A DNA stretch of 64,000 bases from Flavobacterium sp. (GTDB taxonomy: Bacteria > Bacteroidota > Bacteroidia > Flavobacteriales > Flavobacteriaceae). Below, piece by piece: positions 10,432-21,258 of this stretch (position 1 is the first letter of the stretch; each line of letters starts with the position of its first letter). The notes below the pieces were generated by a model, which searched no databases, had not been told where the DNA came from, and saw only the letters and a list, made by a program, of their open reading frames with translations. The position numbers were made by a program, and so were the translations under genes. The DNA is taken from NCBI GenBank assembly GCA_018401995.1, contig JAGYJR010000001.1, positions 1,534-65,533 of the forward strand. The letters are read 5' to 3'.

Positions 10432-11322
10432 ATGTCAAATAACAATATAGTAAAAGGTGTTTTTTTAGTAGGATTAGGCGCAACCAGCTATGGAATGCTG
10501 GCTACTTTTGTAAAATTAGCTTATAAAGAGGATTTCACTACAGCGGAAGTAACTACAGCACAATTCGTTTACGGAATTCTTGGTATGTTACTAATCAATT
10601 TATTCCAAAAAACAAGAAACAAAAACCAAGTAATAAAAGCGACTCCTAAAAATATTTTTCAATTAATGGTAGCAGGAACTTCGTTAGGAATGACAAGTGT
10701 TTTTTACTATTTATGTGTAAAATACATCAACGTTTCTATAGCAATTGTGCTTTTAATGCAAACCGTTTGGATGGGCGTTTTATTGGAATGGTTTTTAGAT
10801 AAAAAAAGACCTTCCAACCAAAAAATAATTTCAGTATTGATTGTTTTGGTCGGAACTTTATTGGCAACCAACTTACTTAATAGCGAAATCAATTTGGATT
10901 GGAGAGGATTGGTTTTTGGAATGTTAGCTGCAGCTTCGTTCACAACTACCATGTTTACGGCTAATAAAATTGCATTAGGTATTTCTTCTGCTCAACGTAG
11001 TCTGTTTATGCTTTTTGGTGGCGCCATTATTGTATTTTTCTTTGCAATTTTTACACAAATAGAACCTTTCAATTTTGAAATTTTTGCCAAATGGGGCATT
11101 ATTTTAGCGCTTTTTGGTACAATCATCCCTCCTATTTTAATGAATGCCGGATTTCCAAGTACGGGATTAGGTTTAGGCAGTATTGTATCGTCTTTGGAAT
11201 TACCGGTTTCAGTTTTAATGGCATTTTTTATTTTAAACGAACAAGTAATTGCTTTACAATGGTTTGGGATTTTGTTAATTCTTGCCGCTATTGTAATTAT
11301 GAATATTCAAAGGAAAAGATAA
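10432..11322 (+). CDS. EamA/DMT family transporter
   Basis: About 10 TM helices in two repeats; SSLELPVSV motif. Confidence 0.85.
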   Translation: MSNNNIVKGVFLVGLGATSYGMLATFVKLAYKEDFTTAEVTTAQFVYGILGMLLINLFQKTRNKNQVIKATPKNIFQLMVAGTSLGMTSVFYYLCVKYINVSIAIVLLMQTVWMGVLLEWFLDKKRPSNQKIISVLIVLVGTLLATNLLNSEINLDWRGLVFGMLAAASFTTTMFTANKIALGISSAQRSLFMLFGGAIIVFFFAIFTQIEPFNFEIFAKWGIILALFGTIIPPILMNAGFPSTGLGLGSIVSSLELPVSVLMAFFILNEQVIALQWFGILLILAAIVIMNIQRKR

Positions 11323-11437
11323 ATTAGCAAGAAATAAACTGTTAATAACTTTATTTTCAGTTTCTTATTAAAATTTATTTTTTATTAATTTTAGTTAAAT
11401 AACCAATACAAGAAATTGTATTTAAAACTATTTAACT

Positions 11438-12139
11438 ATGAGAAAATTATTTGCAGAATTTTTCGGAACCTTTTGGTTAGTCTTTGGTGGTTGTGGCGCT
11501 GCTGTTTTTGCTGCTGGTGTTCCAGAAATCGGAATTGGATTAGTTGGTGTTTCATTAGCCTTTGGTTTAACCGTTTTAACCATGGCCTATGCGGTTGGTC
11601 ATATTTCTGGAGGACATTTTAATCCAGCTGTAACACTTGGTCTTTGGACTAGTGGACGATTTTCAAGCAAAGAAATAGCTCCTTACATTGTGTCTCAACT
11701 GATTGGGGCTACCGCCGCTGCTGGGGTTTTATATTTAATACTAAACGGAGGAAATGCCTTCTCAGCAGAAGGAGCGGGTGCATTTGCTACCAATTTCTAC
11801 GAATCACCTGTTTATAATGATAGAGGTTTCAGCATGATAGCTGCATTTATTACAGAGTTTGTACTAACTTTATTTTTCTTGATTATTATTCTTGGTGCAA
11901 CTGATAAATTTGCAAATGGAAAATTTGCCGGAATTGCAATTGGTTTAGCTTTAACATTGATTCACTTAATTAGTATTCCAATTACTAATACTTCTGTAAA
12001 TCCCGCACGATCAACTTCTCAAGCATTATTTGTAGGTGGCGAATCGTTGTCTCAACTATGGTTGTTCTGGGCTGCTCCTATTGCAGGCGCAATTGTCGCA
12101 GGATTAATTTATAAAAATTTATTACAAGACAAGAAGTAA
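11438..12139 (+). CDS. aqpZ: Aquaporin Z
   Basis: Two NPA motifs ([15 protein letters not shown]) and [15 protein letters not shown]. Confidence 0.96.
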   Translation: MRKLFAEFFGTFWLVFGGCGAAVFAAGVPEIGIGLVGVSLAFGLTVLTMAYAVGHISGGHFNPAVTLGLWTSGRFSSKEIAPYIVSQLIGATAAAGVLYLILNGGNAFSAEGAGAFATNFYESPVYNDRGFSMIAAFITEFVLTLFFLIIILGATDKFANGKFAGIAIGLALTLIHLISIPITNTSVNPARSTSQALFVGGESLSQLWLFWAAPIAGAIVAGLIYKNLLQDKK

Positions 12140-12188
12140 ATTTCTTAAAAAAACATATAAATTAGCGATGTCAATCATCGCTTTTTTT

Positions 12189-12791
12189 ATGCTAGATTTA
12201 TTCCCAAACGAAAAAATAAATTTGAACTTACCCGATGCTGTTTTTGAATGGTATCCCAATTTCCTTTCCAAAGAAACAGCCGATGAATTATTCCAAAAAC
12301 TGCTAGATGAAACACCTTGGCAACACGATGAAATCACTATTTTTGGAAAGAAAATACTCCAACCCAGATTAACTTGTCTTTTCGGAAATGAAGGAAAACC
12401 GTATTCCTATTCTGGATTAACCATGCATCCAAAACCTTGGAACAGTAGCATAATGTATTTGAAAACCGAAATTGAAAAAATTTCAAACCAAAACTTCACT
12501 ACCGTTCTTGCCAATTTATACCGAAACGAAAAAGACAGCAACGGTTGGCATGCCGATAACGAAAAAGAATTAGGACGTGACCCAATAATTGCTTCAATTA
12601 GTCTAGGCGAAACAAGAAAATTTCAAATCAAACACAACACAAACAAAGAAAGTAAATGCAATCTCGAACTCACTCATGGAAGTTTATTACTTATGAAAGA
12701 AGGCAGTCAAATCCACTATAAACATCAATTACCCAAAAGCACTTCGTCAAAAAATGCTAGAATAAATCTAACATTCCGAACGATTTTATAA
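12189..12791 (+). CDS. AlkB-family 2OG-Fe(II) dioxygenase
   Basis: HAD (HxD), a distal His and RINLTFR. The ATG at 12189 is preferred because 12168 lies within the aqpZ terminator stem. Confidence 0.88.
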   Translation: MLDLFPNEKINLNLPDAVFEWYPNFLSKETADELFQKLLDETPWQHDEITIFGKKILQPRLTCLFGNEGKPYSYSGLTMHPKPWNSSIMYLKTEIEKISNQNFTTVLANLYRNEKDSNGWHADNEKELGRDPIIASISLGETRKFQIKHNTNKESKCNLELTHGSLLLMKEGSQIHYKHQLPKSTSSKNARINLTFRTIL

Positions 12792-12931
12792 ATATTCACT
12801 AAAAATAAAGACAATAACCGCCGATTTTTAGGAATTAAAAAAAAATAAACACTTCCGTTTTTCGAAACTATTTTTTTAGTAATATTGACATTATTAATCC
12901 TTTAAAAAAATCAAGATTAATTTTTCAGGTA

Positions 12932-13213
12932 ATGAAAAAGAGAAAAATTTCAGAATTAGACAACGAAACATTAGAAAGAGTTGTCAGCATGGCGCAAGAG
13001 GAAAAAAAACCTTTTGAAGTGATTAGAGAAGAATTCGGACTAGTAGAAAACGATGTAACCGAATTAATGCGAAAACGATTATCAAAAGACAATTTTGAAT
13101 TGTGGAAGAAAAAAGCAATCGCTAGTAAACCGAAACCAAAACCCGTAAAATTCAACCCTATTGAAGATGATGAACTAGATAGTAAATACTATTTCAAAAA
13201 TAAATTCGATTAA
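12932..13213 (+). CDS. DUF2805/TIGR03643-like small protein
   Basis: RVVSMA.E...PFEVI.EEFGL.E..V.ELMR..L....FELW pattern. Confidence 0.65.
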   Translation: MKKRKISELDNETLERVVSMAQEEKKPFEVIREEFGLVENDVTELMRKRLSKDNFELWKKKAIASKPKPKPVKFNPIEDDELDSKYYFKNKFD

Positions 13214-13325
13214 AATGTAACGCTTGTTTTTCAAGCGTTTTTTTTGTCCCAAATCAAAATTGTAAATGATAATCGTAACATTTAAGTAAAATAGACTACT
13301 TATTGTGAAACAAGATGAATTAAAA

Positions 13326-15170
13326 ATGAGAAAATTAATTTTCACACTTGCCCTAGTAAGTGTTTTATGGAGTTGTAATACAGCACCAAAAGCCCAAAAA
13401 AATGACACAGTTGATGTTACTATCGACTTAAACAACGTAAAAGACGACAAAGTTAGAGTAACCATCGTTCCTCCAACATTCGCTACAGAAACCACCACTT
13501 TTAGCGTACCAAAAATCGTTCCTGGAACCTATTCGGAAGATGATTATGGGAGATTCATCGAAAATTTCAAAGCATATGATGCCGCTGGAAATAGTTTACG
13601 TGTATCAAAACTAGATGATAACACATATAAAATTGATGATGCAAAAAAAATTGCAAAAATTACCTATTTAGTAAATGATACGTACGACACAGAAGGAACA
13701 GGTGCACATGAAATTTTTTCTCCAGCGGGAACTAATATCTTAGCCAATGAAAATTTCGTATTGAATTTACACGGTTTCGTAGGTTATTTCCAAAATAAAA
13801 AAGAAACACCATACAAATTAACAGTAACACACCCAGAGCATTTATCAGGAGTTTCCGCTATGGTGGACCAAGACAACAGCAACACTTCTGATGTTTTCTA
13901 TTCAACAAGATATTCAGAATTAGTGGATATGCCAATCATGTATTCACGTCCTGATATTACTACATTCATGATTGATGACATGGAGATTATCATTAGCGTA
14001 TATTCTCCAAACAAAAGATATACTGCCAAAGATATTACGCCAAACATGGAAACCATGATGCGCGCACAAAAGAACTTCTTAGGTAAATTTGATGCAACTA
14101 AAAAATACGCTATCTTATTGTATTTAGCAGATGGTAAACCAGACGATGCTAAAGGTTTTGGTGCTTTAGAACACCCAACATCAACTGTGGTAGTGATGCC
14201 AGAAATGATGGGATTAGAAATGCTACAAGAACAATTAAAAGATGTAGTTTCTCACGAATTCTTCCATATTGTTACGCCCTTGACGATTCACTCATTGGAA
14301 ATTCATAACTTCGATTACAACCAACCTAAAATGTCAGAACATTTATGGATGTATGAAGGCGTTACCGAATATTTTGCAAACTTATTTCAAGTAAACCAAG
14401 AGTTAATTACAGAAGAAGAATTCTACAAAAGAATGTCGGGCAAAATTTTACAATCGCGCCAAATGAACGACAACTTGAGTTTTACCAAAATGAGTAAAAA
14501 CGTATTGAATGCGCCTTATAAAGACGAATACTATAACGTTTACCAAAAAGGAGCTTTAATTGCCATGTGCGTTGATATTTTAATCAGAGAGAACAGCAAC
14601 GGACAAAAAGGAATCTTGAACTTAATGCAAGATTTATCTAAAGAATATGGTACTAAAAAAGCGTTTAAAGATGAAGAATTGTTCGGGAAAATCACACAAT
14701 TAACATACCCAGCTGTAGGTGAATTTTTAAACAAATACGTTGCTGGTGATACACCAATTCCTTACGAAGAATTCTTTGCAAAAATGGGCGTTTCTGAAAC
14801 TACTTATAAAGTTCCTGGCAATCCATTCTTAAAAGGACAAACTCCTTATATAACAGTAAATCCTTCAACCAAAGAAATCATGATTTTACCAGGTATCGAA
14901 CTAAATGAATTCATGACCACTTTAGGCATAAAAAACAACGACAAAGTATTGGCAATTAATGGAACCAATTACAACTTAGATAATATCTATGATTTAATCA
15001 TGAGTAGCATGAACTGGAAAGACGGCGATGCTATGACGGTTAAAATCAACCGTGATGGAAAAGATATGGAACTAAAAGGTGTTGTAAAAATGCCAACAGA
15101 CGAGCAAGAAGGCTACACCGCAACAGACGACAGCAAAAAAGCAGTTCGTGATGCGTGGTTGAAAGGCTAA
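13326..15170 (+). CDS. M61 family metallopeptidase with PDZ-like C-terminus, lipoprotein
   Basis: Lipobox WSC, GALEH, HEFFH zinc motif, LWMYEGVTEY. Confidence 0.9.
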   Translation: MRKLIFTLALVSVLWSCNTAPKAQKNDTVDVTIDLNNVKDDKVRVTIVPPTFATETTTFSVPKIVPGTYSEDDYGRFIENFKAYDAAGNSLRVSKLDDNTYKIDDAKKIAKITYLVNDTYDTEGTGAHEIFSPAGTNILANENFVLNLHGFVGYFQNKKETPYKLTVTHPEHLSGVSAMVDQDNSNTSDVFYSTRYSELVDMPIMYSRPDITTFMIDDMEIIISVYSPNKRYTAKDITPNMETMMRAQKNFLGKFDATKKYAILLYLADGKPDDAKGFGALEHPTSTVVVMPEMMGLEMLQEQLKDVVSHEFFHIVTPLTIHSLEIHNFDYNQPKMSEHLWMYEGVTEYFANLFQVNQELITEEEFYKRMSGKILQSRQMNDNLSFTKMSKNVLNAPYKDEYYNVYQKGALIAMCVDILIRENSNGQKGILNLMQDLSKEYGTKKAFKDEELFGKITQLTYPAVGEFLNKYVAGDTPIPYEEFFAKMGVSETTYKVPGNPFLKGQTPYITVNPSTKEIMILPGIELNEFMTTLGIKNNDKVLAINGTNYNLDNIYDLIMSSMNWKDGDAMTVKINRDGKDMELKGVVKMPTDEQEGYTATDDSKKAVRDAWLKG

Positions 15171-15256
15171 TCTTTTTCAACTTAATAACATTAAAATCCT
15201 CAAAATCTATAGTATTTTGAGGATTTTTTCTTTATTTTGCCATCAAATCATAAAGC

Positions 15257-16561
15257 ATGCAAACTACACCATTTTTTACTGACGATACTATAGTTTTTGG
15301 ACTACTTATGTTATTATTGGGATTTGTTTTCTATACTTCTTCAATCAAAGAAGGATTTTGGAAGAAATTCTATATCATTTTTCCATCGTTGTTAATGTGT
15401 TACTTATTACCATCGATTTTTAGTTCCTTAAATATCATTTCGCCCGAATGGAAAGAATTAGGCGAAAACGGAGAATTGGTAACCAAAAAATCAAATATTT
15501 ATTACGTAGCTAGTCGCTTTTTATTACCTGCGGCTTTGGTTTTAATGACCTTGAGTATCGACTTAAAAGCAATGTTCAAATTGGGACCAAAAGCTTTATT
15601 AATGTTTTTCACTGGAACTGTTGGAATTATTTTAGGTGGACCAATTGCTATTTTAATTGTGTCAATATTTTCACCTGAAACCGTTGGTGGTGCTGGCCCA
15701 GATGCTGTTTGGCGTGGATTAACTACTTTAGCTGGAAGTTGGATTGGTGGTGGAGCCAATCAAGCAGCGATGTTGGAGATTTTCAAATACAACCAAGAAA
15801 AATATGGCGCTATGGTATTGGTTGATATTGTGGTGGCAAACATTTGGATGGCGGTTTTATTATTTGGTATTGGCAGAAAAGAGAAAATTGACAAATGGTT
15901 AAAAGCAGACAATTCCGCAATTGAAGAATTAAAAGAAAAAGTGTCAACGTATAGTGCTGGCGTAACGAGAAATCCAAGCTTAACCGATTTAATGATTATT
16001 TTGGCTATCGCATTTACTACAGTTGGACTATCACATTGGGGAAGCAATAGTATTTCATCCTATTTATCAGCAAATTTTGAAGTCGTTAATGACCTAACTT
16101 CATTTTGGTCAACATTTGGCGATCGTTTCTTTTGGATGGTGACTATCGCAACCTTTCTTGGAATCGCATTCTCATTTACACCCTTAAAGCAATATGAAGG
16201 CGCTGGAGCTAGTAAAATTGGAAGTGTATTCATTTATATTTTAGTAGCCTCAATCGGAATGAAAATGGATTTAGGTTCTGTATTGAAAAACCCAGGATTA
16301 TTAGTAGTTGGACTTATTTGGATGGCATTCCACGTAGCATTATTAATTGGAATGGCCAAGTTGATTCGAGCACCTTATTTCTTTTTAGCAGTTGGTAGTA
16401 AAGCCAATGTTGGTGGAGCGGCATCAGCACCAATTGTTGCATCAGCATTTCATCCATCATTAGCTAGTGTTGGCGTTTTATTAGCTGTTTTTGGGTATGT
16501 CGTTGGAACTTATGGCGCACTTTTAGCTGCATTATTAATGGAAATTGCTGCACCAAAATAA
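15257..16561 (+). CDS. DUF819 family membrane protein
   Basis: GSWIGGGAN and SKANVGG motifs; multiple TM helices. Confidence 0.82.
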   Translation: MQTTPFFTDDTIVFGLLMLLLGFVFYTSSIKEGFWKKFYIIFPSLLMCYLLPSIFSSLNIISPEWKELGENGELVTKKSNIYYVASRFLLPAALVLMTLSIDLKAMFKLGPKALLMFFTGTVGIILGGPIAILIVSIFSPETVGGAGPDAVWRGLTTLAGSWIGGGANQAAMLEIFKYNQEKYGAMVLVDIVVANIWMAVLLFGIGRKEKIDKWLKADNSAIEELKEKVSTYSAGVTRNPSLTDLMIILAIAFTTVGLSHWGSNSISSYLSANFEVVNDLTSFWSTFGDRFFWMVTIATFLGIAFSFTPLKQYEGAGASKIGSVFIYILVASIGMKMDLGSVLKNPGLLVVGLIWMAFHVALLIGMAKLIRAPYFFLAVGSKANVGGAASAPIVASAFHPSLASVGVLLAVFGYVVGTYGALLAALLMEIAAPK

Positions 16562-16592
16562 AAAATTTATCAAATCAATTCTATATCATAAA

Positions 16593-17309
16593 ATGAAAAA
16601 ATTAGCGCTTTTAGTAGGTAGTCTACTAGTTTTCATCGCTTGTAACAAAGAGAACAACGAAAATGCAGGTTTGCAAATAACTGGAAATATCAAAGGATTA
16701 AGCCAAGGTAAAATTTACATTCAAAAAATTCAAGATTCAACGCTTGTGATTTTGGACAGTATTATTTTTAAAGGAAAAGACAGCAATTTTGAAAGCAACA
16801 TTGCGCTTGACGAACCAGAAATGTTATATATCTTTCTTGATAGAGGCCAAACCAATTCTATTGACAACAACTTACCGTTTTTCGCGGAACCAGGTAAAAT
16901 AGAATTAAATACTACATTGAAGAAGTTTTATGCGGATGCTAAAATCACAGGTTCAAAAAACCATGAATTGTTGCAAAAATTCAATGAAATGAATCAAAAA
17001 TTCACCACGGAGAATCTAACTTTAATTGAAAAGCGTTTGAACAACGAATTCAATTTCAACCAAAAAACTGCGGATAGTATTAACGAAGCTTACGAAAAGT
17101 TATTGGTACGAAAATACCGTTTTACAGCCAATTTTGCCGCTACTCACGGCGAATATGAAGTAGCACCTTACATTGCCTTATCTGAAATTGCGGATATTAA
17201 TATTTCGTATTTAGAAGAAGTAGCAAAAAAATTATCTCCAAAAGTAGCCAGTTCCAAATACGGAAAAATGCTAACCAAACACATTAAAGAAAGAAAAGCA
17301 AATCAATAA
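16593..17309 (+). CDS. DUF4369 domain lipoprotein
   Basis: Lipobox IAC; ITGNIKGL...FFAEPG...ITGS pattern. Confidence 0.72.
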   Translation: MKKLALLVGSLLVFIACNKENNENAGLQITGNIKGLSQGKIYIQKIQDSTLVILDSIIFKGKDSNFESNIALDEPEMLYIFLDRGQTNSIDNNLPFFAEPGKIELNTTLKKFYADAKITGSKNHELLQKFNEMNQKFTTENLTLIEKRLNNEFNFNQKTADSINEAYEKLLVRKYRFTANFAATHGEYEVAPYIALSEIADINISYLEEVAKKLSPKVASSKYGKMLTKHIKERKANQ

Positions 17310-17418
17310 GTAGAACGACTCCTAAATGGGGTCGTTTTTTTTTGAAACACTAATTCGTTTATAAAAAATTCAGAAAAGTATAAAAACAAAAAAAGGAAAG
17401 CTTTCACTTTCCTTTTTG

Positions 17419-17492
17419 AGCCGATGGAGGGACTCGAACCCACGACCTGCTGATTACAAATCAGCTGCTCTAGCCAGCTGAGCTACACCGGC
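17419..17492 (-). tRNA. tRNA-Thr(TGT)
   Basis: Reverse complement GCCGGTGTAGCTCAGCTGGCTAGAGCAGCTGATTTGTAATCAGCAGGTCGTGGGTTCGAGTCCCTCCATCGGCT folds as a cloverleaf with anticodon TGT. CCA is not encoded. A terminator hairpin lies at about 17390-17417. Confidence 0.97.
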
Positions 17493-17607
17493 AAAACTAA
17501 AGTTCTAATTAATTGTTTCCAGTCAATCCGTGAACTTTATTGCGGTGCAAATATAGTTCTGAAAATTAAATTTCCAAAAAATATTGGCACTTTTTTATCG
17601 CTTTTTT

Positions 17608-17877
17608 TTAGTTTAATTCGTTAATTTTTGCAACAAATTGATTAGCAGCAGCTTCGTATTCCTTACGGATTTGTTTGAAATGCGCTTTTTTGTTCTCAAC
17701 GTCTTTTTGATTTGCTCTTGTCATTAAAGAATCAAAAGTTTCGTAGATAGTATCAACTAATTGATCTGAAGTTTCTGTTGGTTTTCCACCATTAGTCATT
17801 TCCCAAACATAAACGATGTTTACGATGTCGCCTAATACGTAGTTGATTTCTTTTTTCAAGTTTTTAACGCTTGCCAT
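17608..17877 (-). CDS. Small helical hypothetical protein
   Basis: Clean ORF with a TAnnTTTG motif upstream at about 17902-17909. Confidence 0.75.
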   Translation of the reverse strand: MASVKNLKKEINYVLGDIVNIVYVWEMTNGGKPTETSDQLVDTIYETFDSLMTRANQKDVENKKAHFKQIRKEYEAAANQFVAKINELN

Positions 17878-17934
17878 TGTATTTTAATTTAAAATTCGAT
17901 GCAAAATTACATAATATATCGTTACAAAAAGGCA

Positions 17935-18894
17935 TTAGATAGAAATTTCTAATAAAGTAGCCGTTCCATGAAATTGAATTTCAGCAATACAAGCTGGCAA
18001 CAAAACAGTATCGCCTTTAGAATAAACATATTTTTCACCGTTATAAAGCAATTCAAAGCTTCCTGAAACACACATAAAAACAGTAAACGAATCTTTGGAT
18101 TGCTTCCAATGAAAATTGCCTTCCAATACCAATTGTTGGGTAACAAAATACGGACAAGAAACTACTGGAGTTATATCGTTTATTCTCGATTCGTATGTAA
18201 TTTTAGAATTTGTTGGTTTGAAAGTAATAGCATCCAAAGCCAAATCGGTGTGTAATTCTCTGCTATTTCCTTCAGCATCTACTCTATCCCAATCATAAAT
18301 TCGGTACGTAACATCACTAGTTTGCTGAATTTCCGCAATCAAAACACCAGCACCAATCGCGTGAACAGTTCCAGTTTCCAAGAAAAACACATCACCAGCT
18401 TTCACTGGATATTCTTGCAACAAATCCAACAATTGTTTCTGCTCTAAATGTTGCAAATAAACTTCAGGAGTAATCGCTTTTTTAAAACCAACAATCAAAC
18501 GCGAGGTAATATCCGCTTGCATCACATACCACATTTCCGTTTTCCCGAAAGAATTGTGTCTTTTTTGAGCCAATTCATCATTCGGATGTAATTGAATAGA
18601 TAAATCTTCTTTAGCATCAATAAACTTGAGCAACAAAGGAAACTGCTTGCCAAAACGGGTCACAACCGATGCTCCCAAAATAGCTTCAGGATACAAATCA
18701 ATAAGTTCGTTCAGATTTTTCCCTTCCAAAGCACCTAGATTCACCACACTTATATCATTGGGAACTGTAGAAATCTCCCAACTTTCACCAGTAGTTTCCG
18801 ATGAAATAGCTTTATGCAAATGCGATTGCAATTTGGTTCCGCCCCAAATACGCTCTTTTAAAATTGGATGAAATGTTAAGGGATACAATTGCAT
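17935..18894 (-). CDS. manA: Mannose-6-phosphate isomerase, type I
   Basis: IWGG, GESWE, LSIQLHP, GKTEMWY and EIQQTSDVTYR motifs. Confidence 0.93.
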   Translation of the reverse strand: MQLYPLTFHPILKERIWGGTKLQSHLHKAISSETTGESWEISTVPNDISVVNLGALEGKNLNELIDLYPEAILGASVVTRFGKQFPLLLKFIDAKEDLSIQLHPNDELAQKRHNSFGKTEMWYVMQADITSRLIVGFKKAITPEVYLQHLEQKQLLDLLQEYPVKAGDVFFLETGTVHAIGAGVLIAEIQQTSDVTYRIYDWDRVDAEGNSRELHTDLALDAITFKPTNSKITYESRINDITPVVSCPYFVTQQLVLEGNFHWKQSKDSFTVFMCVSGSFELLYNGEKYVYSKGDTVLLPACIAEIQFHGTATLLEISI

Positions 18895-18965
18895 ATTAGA
18901 AATTGAACTGCAAATATGCGAAATTTTCTTAGCAACTCCGTATGGAATAGTAGAATTTTAGGAAA

Positions 18966-19421
18966 CTATTTAGAAAAACGTTTCACCATTTCCAAAGCTT
19001 TAGAAATATGATTTTTAGCACTCATGCTATTAAAAACCATTTTCACCGTTCCATCAGGATGAACCACATACGTTACACGACCTGGCAACAAACCGAATAA
19101 ACTCGTAGGAACTCCGAAAGCTTTTCTAATTTTTCTATCATAATCAGAAAGCAGAATAAAAGGTAACTTGTATTTTTCTTGAAAAGCCTCATGAGAAGCT
19201 GCAGTGTCACCAGAAATCCCGATAACTTCAGCACCTAAATCTTGAAAATCTTGGTAGAAATCACGAAAACTACATGCTTGCGTAGTACAACCCGGAGTAA
19301 AATCTTTGGGATAAAAGTAAATTACCAAAGGTTTTCCTAAGTAATCCTTTAAATCAAAAGTGCCACCATCTTGCTTTTTGGCAGTAAACACAGGAACTTT
19401 ATCTCCAACTTGAATGCTCAT
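18966..19421 (-). CDS. bcp: Peroxiredoxin, BCP/PrxQ family
   Basis: YFYPKDFTPGCTTQAC motif. Confidence 0.9.
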   Translation of the reverse strand: MSIQVGDKVPVFTAKKQDGGTFDLKDYLGKPLVIYFYPKDFTPGCTTQACSFRDFYQDFQDLGAEVIGISGDTAASHEAFQEKYKLPFILLSDYDRKIRKAFGVPTSLFGLLPGRVTYVVHPDGTVKMVFNSMSAKNHISKALEMVKRFSK

Positions 19422-19422
19422 A

Positions 19423-19833
19423 TTATTCGCCTTTATAAATTACAAAATTACGCGGAGTTTCATACAAAGTGACTTCCAAATCTTTATCAGAAGCAATTAA
19501 CACACGAAGTTTCTGCCAAATCACATAAGCAATATGCTCCGCTGTTGGGATTAAATCTTGAAATTCCGGAACATCAACATTTAAATTTTTATGATCAAAA
19601 GCTTCTTCAATATGCTCTTTTATTAAATCCGATAAAATTTTGGTATCTATAACATAACCCGTTTCTTTATCCACTTCACCAGTAACTGAGACAATCAATT
19701 CATAATTGTGTCCATGAAAATTTGGATTATTACATTTTCCAAAAACTTCCTGATTCTTTTCCATAGTCCAATCTTTACGATACAAACGATGTGCAGCATT
19801 AAAGTGGGCTTTTCTTGACACGGTTACTCTCAT
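19423..19833 (-). CDS. queD: 6-pyruvoyl/6-carboxy-tetrahydropterin synthase
   Basis: FNAAHRL, CNNPNFHGHNY, DHKNLN, PTAE and ETP motifs. Confidence 0.85.
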   Translation of the reverse strand: MRVTVSRKAHFNAAHRLYRKDWTMEKNQEVFGKCNNPNFHGHNYELIVSVTGEVDKETGYVIDTKILSDLIKEHIEEAFDHKNLNVDVPEFQDLIPTAEHIAYVIWQKLRVLIASDKDLEVTLYETPRNFVIYKGE

Positions 19834-19872
19834 TGGTTTAGTTTTTTAGGTGATAGGTTATGGGTAATTTGG

Positions 19873-20400
19873 TTAGAGTTTATTTTCTTCGAGAAAGTGA
19901 TAAAATTCATCAAAAATAATTTTGAACCAAACGGTATAATCGTTTGGATTGACTATCATATCTTCTTTGATGGCTTCAATGGACATCCATTTCCAACTTT
20001 CCACTTCTTCTGGATTAATGACAGGATTTTCATTGGAATACCCAATCATGACGTGATCTAACTCGTGTTCGGTTAAACCGTTGTCGAAAGGCGCTTTGTA
20101 AATAAAATGAAACAACTCTTTCAACTCAGCAGTAAAACCCATTTCTTCAAACAAGCGACGTTTTCCAGCTTCAATGTTGGTTTCCCCTACTCTTTGGTGA
20201 CTACAACAAGTATTGGTCCATAACAAAGGAGAATGATATTTATGAGCCGCACGTTGTTGTAACATAACTTCATTTTTATCATTCAAAATAAAAACAGAAA
20301 AGGCACGATGCAAAACTGCTTTTTCGTGTGCTTCCATTTTATTCATAGTACCAATGGGATTATCATTGGGATCTACTAAAATCACTTGTTCTTCGACCAT
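19873..20400 (-). CDS. idi: Isopentenyl-diphosphate delta-isomerase, type 1
   Basis: LHRAFSVF, WTNTCCSH and EHELDH motifs. Confidence 0.95.
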   Translation of the reverse strand: MVEEQVILVDPNDNPIGTMNKMEAHEKAVLHRAFSVFILNDKNEVMLQQRAAHKYHSPLLWTNTCCSHQRVGETNIEAGKRRLFEEMGFTAELKELFHFIYKAPFDNGLTEHELDHVMIGYSNENPVINPEEVESWKWMSIEAIKEDMIVNPNDYTVWFKIIFDEFYHFLEENKL

Positions 20401-20585
20401 AATGTTGTATTTCAGTTCAAAAATACAAAAAAAGAAACAGCTATATCATGAATTTAGAGTTTGTGATAAATTTAACGCCTGTTAATGCGTCATCACAAGT
20501 AGAGCAAAAAAGCAATAAAAAATTGCAAAGCTTCTGAAAATGAAAAAATTAGCTTCAAAAAGAAAATCCTTCAGTAAAGTTTCGT

Positions 20586-20593
20586 ATCTTTGC
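20586..20593 (+). promoter_or_regulatory. Bacteroidetes -7 promoter element of the cold-shock gene
   Basis: TATCTTTG matches TAnnTTTG about 135 nt upstream of the start codon. Confidence 0.6.
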
Positions 20594-20726
20594 ATATCAG
20601 TAATGATATACTCCTTTTTCAACTACACGGACAAATTGCTAAATTTTAACTTCCCTGTAACTTGCTTTTTGAGCTTGTATCCCTTTACTGCAATAGCAAA
20701 TATTAATTAATTTCGTACTACATTTA

Positions 20727-21173
20727 ATGGCAAGACCACAAGAAACGTTTAACAAAAGAGAACAAGAAAAACTAAGAGCTCAAAAAAGAAAAGAGAAACT
20801 AGAAAAAAAAGAAGCTAGAAAAGCCAATCCAAAACTTTCTGGAGAGGATTTATATGTTTACGTGGACGAAAACGGACACTTAACTAGCACACCTCCAGAC
20901 CCTTCAAGAAAAATCGAAATTGATGTAGAAAGCATAGCTATCGGAACATCAAGAAGAACTGCTGAAGAAGAAATGCCAGAAGAAAGAAGAGGAACGGTAG
21001 ACTTTTATAATGATGCTAAAGGTTTTGGATTTATCAAAGCTGTTGAAACAGGTGATAAATATTTTGTTCACGTAAGTGGTTTACTAGAAGATATAAAAGA
21101 AGGAAACTTGGTTACCTACGATTTAGAAAAAGGCGCCAAAGGCATGAACGCAGTCAATGTGAAAAAGATATAA
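20727..21173 (+). CDS. Cold-shock domain protein with a basic N-terminal extension
   Basis: RNP motifs KGFGFI and FVHVSGL. Confidence 0.9.
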   Translation: MARPQETFNKREQEKLRAQKRKEKLEKKEARKANPKLSGEDLYVYVDENGHLTSTPPDPSRKIEIDVESIAIGTSRRTAEEEMPEERRGTVDFYNDAKGFGFIKAVETGDKYFVHVSGLLEDIKEGNLVTYDLEKGAKGMNAVNVKKI

Positions 21174-21258
21174 ATTCTATTTTCCAACTTTAAACATAAA
21201 CATCACAATTTAAACTGTGATGTTTTTTTTTGTTATCTTGCTTTTGAAATCCAAATAA

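Noticed and set aside
17419-17492. tRNA-Thr as an integration site for an island
   Set aside because: No integrase or duplicated tRNA 3' end is seen, and the flanks are housekeeping genes.
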